Positions 12,601 through 20,649 of a stretch of DNA of 64,000 nt are shown here, piece after piece. The notes beneath the pieces were generated by a model. It saw nothing but the letters and a program-made list of their open reading frames with translations. It was not told where the DNA came from and searched no databases. The translations under genes were made by a program, and so were the position numbers. The stretch is from contig NMRA01000007.1 in NCBI GenBank assembly GCA_002633005.1, positions 568,842 through 632,841 on the forward strand. Reading direction: 5' to 3'. The stretch comes from Phoronis australis. Lineage: Eukaryota; Animalia; Phoronida. The stretch's first letter is position 1; every line of letters begins with the position of its first letter.

Positions 12601-14378
12601 ATCCCTGTACGCTGCAAAGGTTGCACTTCTTAATCCATAGAATTCTAGTATTTGAGGTTGAAAGTTATAACTGTTACAGACTGAGTTATTCGTATGACAT
12701 TTCTTTGACAGTTCTTGATATGAATGTTCAATGATCTCTGGTACGTTCCTTTTTGACGTCTTGAATGCTCTCTGGTACGTCTCTTTTTGACGTCTTTTGA
12801 TACGAATGTTCTGTGGTACGTCGTTCTTTGGCGTCTCGTTATATAATGGTTCTATGAAACGTTGCTCTTTGACGTCTCTTGTTATGAATGTTCTCTGGTA
12901 AGCCGCTCTTTGATGCATATTGATATGAATGTTCTCTGGAACATCTCTCTTCAACGTATCTTGATATGAATTTTCTCTAGTTCGTCTCTTTGACGTCTGC
13001 TCATATGAATGTTCTATGGTGCGTCGGTCTTTGAAGTCTCTTGATATGAATGTTCTCTGGTAAGTCCCACTTAATCTGTTGATATGAATCTTCTCTGGTA
13101 CGTCGCCCTTTGACGTCACTTCCTGTGAATGTTCTCTGGTACGTTTCAGATAGAGTACGAAGAGCTGGTATATTTTATGGGACAACGTGGCGTCGATATT
13201 AAATCCCTTGAAAAAGGCTATAGGCGGGTGGAGGTCAAGTCGTTTGCGGGGATGATAAACTGCATCTTAGATTCTCTGCTGATCAACAACCAACGGCTTT
13301 ACATCAAGGTGCGTATAAATTCCTCAATCTATTTTTTGTTTTTGAGGTTAACAAAACAACTTCATCCATAAATTTACCTTGGTTACTGTTTAGATTGAGC
13401 AGAAGCCATAAAAAGTGCCAGTTGGTTTCGCTGGATATGAGTGAGCAAGCCGTTGCACCCAATTATCATTGCCGGGTTCTCCATTAAGATAACTAAACAA
13501 CATGTGAGGACCCCGCTTGAAAGTTGTGGGGGCGAAGGGGGGGGGAGTACCTCGGAAACTGTCCCCGGTGGATGGATATGCGGCGGCAACCGGGTGATAG
13601 TGACAAAATCGTGACGACTTAGCGGCAGCTCAAATTACCAGGCAACCAGCCTTCTTACAGTTGACCTCCATGGCCTTGTTACACATCAACCCAAACTGAC
13701 CTGCTTGAACGTACCCAAGACTGTTGGATTTTGAATTTCAGTTCCAAATAATATACTACTCAACATGCTACTTCCGTTTGAGCCACGTACGTGTTACGTC
13801 AGAAGCAAAATTGAGATGCATTCCCTTAGACACTTTCGAGACACTCGCGGTGAGAAATCGCTTGTGCAACGAAAACCGTGAATTTCTCCCCTAACGCAAT
13901 ATACTATCCTCGCCCACTAATCAGTACAGTGGACGCCATTTTCCTAGTCAACTTGATATCTACTGGCCCACTCGCTAAACACTTGCCAGCCACTCGCTAG
14001 ATTTTGCCTGGCCCTGGGTGGTTTTGCTTATCTCTCAAGAAAGCTGGTCTTCTGAACGCACCTCGGTTCGTAAAATTTACCCAGCAATAGCTCTTTATCA
14101 ATTTCTTTTCTTTACTCATTTTAGGAAGAGGATGTTGACAGAACGATTGGCATCGATACATTCTACATAGAGAGCACAGACTTCGATATGTCATCGGTTG
14201 ACAAAGAGTTTCTGACGCAGGCAAGTACGCAAATGGCCTTGCTCTATAATTTTATTTGGATCACTTCAATTTGCGTGGTGGTATAGTATAAAATGTTCTT
14301 CTTTTATTTCAGCAAGGCACGTGGGCCATAATTAAATTCCTTGAGAGGTATGTGCAGAGGGCGTCTCAGGTGACATGA
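3550..14378 (+). CDS. Patatin-like phospholipase (ExoU/VipD-like type) with inserted EF-hand region; 5'-partial, 9 exons visible, about 296 aa
   Basis: Exons 3550-3648, 4124-4236, 8510-8601, 9370-9457, 9698-9778, 11453-11551, 13150-13308, 14125-14220, 14313-14378 splice in frame with matching phases. Motifs: catalytic LYTDGGLLCNFPIHCFD, NWKTIGCLL, EF-hand loop DRNGDGQIEYEE, C-terminal RTIGIDT...STDFDM...DKEFL..QG...IKFL. No exons with the GxGxxG and GxSxG motifs were found in the window. Confidence 0.88.
4124..4236 (+). CDS. Patatin-like gene exon
   Basis: ttgcag|GWFLSMKPEDNFFSKLKPGANFEDKFRGVNWKTIGCLL|gtaagt, phase 1-0. Confidence 0.87.
4809..5326. mobile_element. Non-autonomous DNA transposon, Kolobok-like (TTAA target)
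   Basis: TTAA|TGGGGCATGGAACGCG...CGCGTTCCATGCCCCT|TTAC; related copy begins TTAA|AGAGGCATGGAACGCG at about 38739; internal fragment at about 2805-2905. Confidence 0.72.
7337..7871 (-). mobile_element. Possible solo LTR or other GC-rich TE fragment
   Basis: GC-rich 535-bp island bounded by TG...CA (TGTAAC...TGACA on the minus strand) with AGTAAA near the 3' end; no matching TSD. Confidence 0.3.
8510..8601 (+). CDS. Patatin-like gene exon
   Basis: tttcag|YSDSDREILSDKLRTMNSRPDDLEIDSPHF|gtaaac, phase 0-2. Confidence 0.8.
9370..9457 (+). CDS. Patatin-like gene exon
   Basis: ttgcag|RYMKALDSHHKTSRKDWEILVNASHAFLA|gtaagt, phase 2-0. Confidence 0.82.
9698..9778 (+). CDS. Patatin-like gene exon (degenerate EF-hand-like loop)
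   Basis: tttcag|CLEGVGKSGTIERPALEEHITKALSDP|gtaagc, phase 0-0. Confidence 0.82.
10057..10425. mobile_element. hAT-like MITE with 5-bp TSD containing a tRNA-derived head
   Basis: ATAAC|CATAGGCGGATTTAGG...CCTAGATCCGCCACCG|ATAAC. Confidence 0.75.
10081..10141 (+). other. tRNA-derived SINE-like head (Pol III A and B boxes)
   Basis: TGGTATAGTGGT (A box) ... GAGTTCGACGC (B box); no acceptor stem, so not a tRNA gene. Confidence 0.6.
11453..11551 (+). CDS. Patatin-like gene exon (first half of the EF-hand)
   Basis: tactag|GCQLTDRHLTLLFGEKHTLQSIMNALDRNGDGQ|gtaagt, phase 0-0. Confidence 0.87.
11790..13144. repeat. Degenerate 41-bp minisatellite split by a LINE fragment
   Basis: Consensus GATATGAATGTTCTCTGGTACGTCGCTCTTTGACGTCTCTT; units at e.g. 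12922 and 12963; arrays at about 11790-12215 and 12695-13144. Confidence 0.9.
12218..12697 (-). mobile_element. L1/Tx1-clade LINE ORF2 C-terminal fragment (zf-RVT region)
   Basis: KMRWFQYRLIHRILPTNNNLHKNKIKTNDLCSFCGEHSET, characteristic of Tx1/L1 ORF2; truncated and frameshifted. Confidence 0.85.
13150..13308 (+). CDS. Patatin-like gene exon (second half of the EF-hand)
   Basis: tttcag|IEYEELVYFMGQRGVDIKSLEKGYRRVEVKSFAGMINCILDSLLINNQRLYIK|gtgcgt, phase 0-0. Confidence 0.87.
14125..14220 (+). CDS. Patatin-like gene exon ending at a GC donor
   Basis: ttttag|EEDVDRTIGIDTFYIESTDFDMSSVDKEFLTQ|gcaagt. Confidence 0.86.
14313..14378 (+). CDS. Patatin-like gene probable last coding exon
   Basis: tttcag|QGTWAIIKFLERYVQRASQVT*; an internal AG|gtatgt donor at 14348 could instead lead to a further exon. 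Confidence 0.7.
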   Translation, partial: QGTWAIIKFLERYVQRASQVT

Positions 14379-15914
14379 CTGAGATCCGGGCAGGTGCGAA
14401 CGGCTTTTCAGGTCACACGACAGGATGGAGACGTCGAATAATACGTGACACAAGTTTGCATTTAATAACTACAGTCCCAGCGAATGAAACTAGGGAGGTC
14501 ACGCTCTCTGCTTGTAAACATCGTATACATAGCCATATTTCACAAAGATTTGCGTGATTTGCCCAAATTTGCTTTAATGAACGCTATTGCTTTTTGTCCA
14601 TTAAATACATAACGGTGGATTTGGCTACATTTCTTAAAATGTAGAAAGTAACATGGTTTTTCTGGGTCTCTTCTTTGCTTTCACGATCTTTCGTTTTGAT
14701 CTGTTAAATTGGGTTCTTTTTGAACATACATTCAGTGATACATGTAACTACATTGTTGTATTGTCAATACAGGTAGTGTAATTGCGACAGGTACAAAACA
14801 ACGCTTTGTCAGTGTCACTTGGCTTTTAAACATAAATTTAATCGACTTTTATGGTCAACACCACGAATTACAGCTTTTAAGAAACAGTGGTTAGTAGACT
14901 GCATAAGGTTATGGTATTTGTATGTATTAGTGGAAATTTTTAATCATAACAGATCATTTATCATGTATGGTTTAGTCTACGTTATGTCAATGAGTTTATA
15001 AAATCGATTCTATATCACAACTCGAGAATCCAAAAATGTATCAAAGCCCAAATGGTAAAACTGCAGGCATTGTGAGGACTTGGATTTACTGGTTACTTAT
15101 GTAGAATCACAACCATGATCAGCCTAATGAAGTTTTCCTGAAAACACCTAATTATGTACACTGGCACATCGTGAAAGTTAAATCTCCATTTCGCCCTTTT
15201 TCGTTAGCTAAAAACAAAAGTCGTATGAGACTTTTTACTCTCATAGAATCAGTCTGATAATATTCTTTACCGTGGCATTACATTCCATTTTCGTTGACAC
15301 ACTTCCGTTAGAATATGGAAACAGTCAGCGACTCTAGAAAAAGCTTTAGAGTCTATTGGGGTTTGCCGACCCTAAAATTGCGCATGTGCACGAGCGTGAT
15401 ATTTTATTGCGCAAAAGTCTCCGGATAAGAATTCGACATGGATACATGTAGCTATCAACAGCAGCAAATTCCTCTTTAACCGTCCTCCATTAAATGCTAG
15501 AGGATAAGCATCACCTAGTTAAAATGGGATTGCAACCTTTTTCGGTTAATTTGGCATATCTTATTTTGTATAAGGTATTTTGAACCTTTAAACCGATTTC
15601 TTAAAAATGACAAACCGGAAGTGTTACACAGCAAACAAAACGGGGGACATACTAAAATTTCATGTAGGCTTGTCTACTCAATAAAAACATAAATATGGAA
15701 TGAAATTTTGTTTCAAGTAAGTGTGGGTATTTGATTTTAATCGATCAGTGGGTCCAGACCTGTAGGAGAGTACATCGACCTGGCAATTTTATTTTAACAT
15801 GTTCACCTCATTCATAGGTGTACCTCTCAAATGCAAGAATATTTCGTATAACAAATAGTTCATTTTCGGGTAATTTGACATTCAATTTGGTGAAAATGGC
15901 AAAAAGTTCTTAAA

Positions 15915-16315
15915 AGTTCATACCAGAAATTTCCGAAAATGGGCCCATTGGTAGATGTTCGGAAAACGACCTTTAAAAAACGTCAAATGAAACCAAATAT
16001 ACGCCAGGGCTTATTTTCGGAAAATGTACGGATCATTTTCTGATGCAGTTTCAATGCAATATATTTACTCAGGACTGTTTTCAAGTACGCAATACGGTTA
16101 GTTACCGTCAAAGTCACCCGATATCTCTTAAAAAAGTAGTCGAGTGAAATCACAATCTTAAAATATAATGTCTTGCCAAAATAAACAAAATTTTACATCA
16201 AAACATCTAACATACTTATTTTAGAACAATCCGTCAGATTTTGAAAACATGCAGTTACTGAAAATACGCGCATGAGCGTATTTTGGGTGGTTCTCTTTTC
16301 GGAAATTTCCGCTAA
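15915..16315. repeat. Dispersed DNA-transposon-like repeat; related copy at about 23650-24165
   Basis: Shared AATTTCCGAAAAT and TTATTTTCGGAAA blocks and later motifs in the same order. Confidence 0.5.
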
Positions 16316-16754
16316 TAAGTTACATAATTTTAAATAAAAATCTTTGTTCCGGACATTCTAAGGAGGCCTAAGTGGTAGATCTCAATAGGCTATAATTAGG
16401 GGGACCAACGATTTTCATTCACCTCCAATACGAATGCACACACGGAAGTACACGCCTATGGTTATCCGCAACATAAATGATGCCTGAATGTATTTCTGTG
16501 TACATAGTTTTTACTATTTTTGTCGGCAGCCAAGCGGAGCAGGACCTCAGGACCCCTAAATCCAGCTTTGGGTCTTTTATTTTCATATTCCTTACCGCGT
16601 TTAGGCTCCATTTCCGTTACCAAACATCGAAATCACCACCAACTCAAGATAACGCTACAGAGTTTGTTGGAGTTGGTCAACCCTAAAACTGAGAATTCGA
16701 AAAATGCGCGTGTGTGCATTGCCTGTGACTTGAGTTGGTAACAGAAATGGAATC

Positions 16755-16896
16755 CTGCCTCCCGTTCAGTAACGCTAGAAACTCGCTAAAAAGTAAGACG
16801 TTGCGAGATAACATGAGACATTGCAGTGTATTTTTAAAGAGAACAGGTGACTGACTAGATTTTAGCTAGGTCCTAGCGTTACTGAACGCACGCCTG
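16755..16896. mobile_element. MITE family with CGTTCAGTAACGCTAG TIR
   Basis: TIR CGTTCAGTAACGCTAG...CTAGCGTTACTGAACG; other copies at about 37616-37772 (inverted), 45564-45718 and 47010-47165. Confidence 0.8.
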
Positions 16897-17418
16897 CGTG
16901 AGACCGTTTTAGCCAGCTAATCAGGGCGAAATGCAGCTTGAAAAAACTTCGCAAACAAGCTTAACAGAACCGGACTTGAGCTTTCAAACCAAGTCGTGGA
17001 AAAACGTTTTGCACGGCAACATTATGCGCTATTGTCGAAGACAATGGCAACTTTCGAAGCAATGCGCCTCTACAAAGGACTAACACCTGTTCCAGTAAGC
17101 GAAACTTAGGCGCATATGCCTATATGCGGAACATTTGGGTAACCATGTTTCTCTTTGATACAGGCGCATGGTAGTTATAAGTTGTGGTATGGTTTTCTTA
17201 CTCTGCTAGATGTATAGTCGGCTTCATCTACCCCGGGTACCAAAAAGTGGACATTCGCCGTAACATCTAACCAAATTTTTCATTTATGTTAATGACTTAG
17301 TCTGTGATTGGCTGAACATATGGGACAATTTATTCCATAAAAATCGTTCTCTGCAGAAAATGTGCAACTTAAACCGTGGGAGCTTTTAAATAATGATTTT
17401 GAAATAATTCGTCTAGCC

Positions 17419-17569
17419 ATGTAAGAAATACTCAATACGTACCGAGAGTGGCGTAGATGAAATAACATCCCACGAGACATTATTCCGCGTATCGACCTTC
17501 GGTCTCGGTCGATACGTAGGATATTACTTCATCTACGCGAATCGAGGTACGTTTTGTATTTATCCCATA
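17419..17569. repeat. Long imperfect palindrome (foldback MITE)
   Basis: Nested inverted blocks ACGTACC/GGTACGT, GCGTAGATGAA/TTCATCTACGC and CGTATCGACC/GGTCGATACG. Confidence 0.75.
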
Positions 17570-18294
17570 CGCTTCGTATTCCTAAGTTTCTTTCATTTTT
17601 AGGCAGATTTTTAAATACTTCACCCAGACCGTTCCACGTGTCAAATCACATCCTATATGTATATACTTGTCTTGCGCGTTAGGTTACAAGTTTTCTCTGG
17701 TAACGGAATCAGTTTTCATTGTAACGATTTCATAATTGAAAAGAGATAACAAAGATGAAAACAACGGCAATTGTGCATTGAACTTGTAACATTTTCTGAA
17801 AACAGTTAAATAACAACAATATTTGATGTTGTAGTTACCGAGGAATCGGCACCTGAGTTGCAGACGATATAATATTTAGCAATTGAAAACTGAGACAGAA
17901 GTGTCATAATAAACAGTTTTGTACCAAATGTTACGTTTAGGACCTGATTGCATGTCGAGTGTTATTTATACTGCTGCAATTGTATTACTTTAAACTATGT
18001 TCGAGAGAGTTTGATGATCGAACCGGCTAACGACGTCGAGTCGACATTGACCTACCTTTTGAACTTTCCACGTCAGAGGCCATTGTTGAAATAGCGCGGG
18101 AGGTGAATACGGAAAGCAGTATCACATGACCGTATTGCACTCGACTCATTCAACGCGTATGGGATGAAAAAGTAAATCGTCACGTGAAAGTACTCGCGAA
18201 ATATTCTACAACTCAGGAACCACTCACTATTTCGTCCCTGTTGTGTTTGAAATACCACAGACACGCGGATAGCGTTAGTTGATATATCATCACA

Positions 18295-18300
18295 TTTATT
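18295..18300 (-). terminator. Candidate polyadenylation signal of the LGR gene
   Basis: AATAAA on the minus strand about 60 nt after the stop codon; the region is AT-rich, so chance occurrence is possible. Confidence 0.35.
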
Positions 18301-18359
18301 ATTTAAATAAATAAAATCTATCACATTAAACACTACACATTTTTTTTTTCGTCACACCC

Positions 18360-20649
18360 TCATCTGAAAGAAGTAACCAGCTCTTCCAGGGACGCCATTT
18401 TGATATCTTCCGCTTTCTTCCTGTTAGAAGATTTCTTTGCATTCTTCCCACAATCTCCTTCGTTGTTATTCGTCGAGGATGTTTCTGAAGACGACAGGAA
18501 TCCACTCTCTCTATCAATACTGCTTTGTTTGACATCAGCGGAATTGTTTAAGCCGCCATTTAAAATTAGATCGCCATTCTGAATTTTTTTGTCATCGTCA
18601 GCAACTCCGGAATCATCCTCGCTAACAAAACTTAATTCTGTGTTCAGACTTGAATGGCGATCTTGCTTTTTGTCTGACACATAAGATAACGCATCATCAC
18701 CTTCTTCATACTGACTTGCACTGCGCACTCGACTTCCTATACTATTCTCTTTATCAAAAATGTCGTCATCGCCTCCAAATTCACAACCTTCAACATATTT
18801 TGTTTCTATACTCTCAGTTCTTGTCGTGTCGTCTTTTTTATCATTGTCCGGTCCCGTTTTTGGACCTTTTTCGTGGACGACACTTAGTTTCTTTTTCTGG
18901 GAGGGCGTAAAACTACGCGACGCTCCTGACGAGAGTCTACCAATGTCGCTACGTCTAAGAGACGAGTTTTTCTGTGACTGCGTGGGAGTGGTTTCTGGAG
19001 TAGCGTGTGGGGTAGTATGGATTGATGGTCGAGAGCCCCGTGCAACTACGTCGACGTATTGGGTAAGAATGGAACCATCCGAAGCGTTGTGACGAACGTG
19101 ATGCATAGGAAGGCTCGTCCTTGAGTGGCTGATGGATCCACCGCCGCTGGCATAGGTGCCCTTGTATTTTGCCGCCCTCTCGTGACAGAATCCATAACGA
19201 GAGAGCATCATGAACAAGTCTTTGCGAAATTGTTTTGTGAATATGGCATAAAGGAAGGGATTCGCACATGAATTAAGGGGATAGAAAAATACAAGGAGAA
19301 CTTTTGAATTGGTAACGTTGATTAAAACCAGACCTCCAGCTGCTGTTAAAGCAAAAAAAGCGATAGGCGCGTAACAAGCAAAATCTGTGAATACCAGAAT
19401 TGCCATGCGCTTTGCAATGGTTGCGTCACTTCCAGGTGCGCTGGAACTGTTTCTATAGACTTGGATGAACATGCTGATGTAGCATCCACACACTGCTAAA
19501 AAGGCCAAACCGTTGATTATAATGAGAAATAATACATAACCGTGGTCGAGCGGGCTGTCAAATTTGAACGGCAAGCAAATACTGGTGGTTGCATAGCTGC
19601 TGATGACGCCCGACAGTGGTAAAGCCGACATGATCAATGCAAATGCCCAGCCGACGGACATGATAACAGCCGCTTGTTTCAGACGCATTCTTTTATTGAG
19701 GTGGATAGCATAGCTTATGGCGTACCAACGTTCTATTGTAATAACCGTCAGAGTGTAGATGGACAGCTCGCTTGCAAAAATACTCAAGAATCCTGCCGCT
19801 TGGCACCCGCCTTCGTTTTGCCAAGGAATAGCGTAGTTAAAGTACTCGCCCAGCGTGTTGGCGTCTATAGACGCGATGAGTAAAAGGTAGACACCCATTG
19901 TGAAGTCTGCGAATGACAGATTGCACATGAGGAATTTTGGAACTGTCATTTTGTTGTAGCCTGAAAGTATCACCGTAATTACAGCCAGGTTTCCCATAAT
20001 AGCAGCCATTAAGATAATCCAGATGAAGGCCCGTAACCAAACGTAGCCGAGAACGTCCTCACACGGGTTCCATGCGTTCGGCTCAGGCGTGCAATTTGTC
20101 ACATGGAACTGCCTGTAAATGAGCTTTCCACATTTGGCGGTACCCAATACTCCAGTTACTATCTCGATAGTTTCTTTCTGAAAAATCTTACTCCCAGTTA
20201 CGGGGTTCTTGGAAGAAGATGGAGTAGGTCTGGGGGTATCGGCATTCGGCCCAAATCCTCCACCCTCTTTGACTGCCGAAGGTGGCGAAGAAAAAGTGGA
20301 GGGCTCATTAATTGGACCGAAACCAGCTTCTTCATCCAAGTTCCTTTTCGTGAGATATCTTTGATGAGCGAACGTTCTCAAGGCGGGAGTTGTGGCCATT
20401 GTCGATGCGCAGTCTCTTTGTATCTTTGCTTGTTCTCTCTGATATTCGCGCCAAGCATCTGGATTCTGCTTTTCTGGGTTTTTAAAGGCACAACAGTGAT
20501 GCGGATAGGTGACCTCAGCAATTTTCAGGTCCAAAAACTTCACCACAGGAGGAATTTGTTTAAGTGATTTTGTATCTTTCAGCTTTAGTTCCAAGAGCTT
20601 GTCCAGCCCTTTGGTCGGCAATTTTGTAATTGAAGTTGACGAAAGGTCT
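18360..20649 (-). CDS. LGR exon 9 (2290 nt): last LRRs, hinge, 7TM and long C-terminal tail
   Basis: ttgtag|DLSSTSITKLPTKGL... continues as the 753-aa ORF of the track; rhodopsin-class 7TM with LGR motifs; stop TGA ending at 18360. Confidence 0.97.

Noticed and set aside
11790-13144. CRISPR-like array, or the 222-aa ORF 12517-13185
   Set aside because: Units are contiguous and degenerate with no unique spacers; the ORF is a translation of the minisatellite and LINE fragment
18400-20567. Plus-strand and alternative-frame ORFs overlapping the receptor exon
   Set aside because: Shadow ORFs of the real coding exon with no recognisable domains
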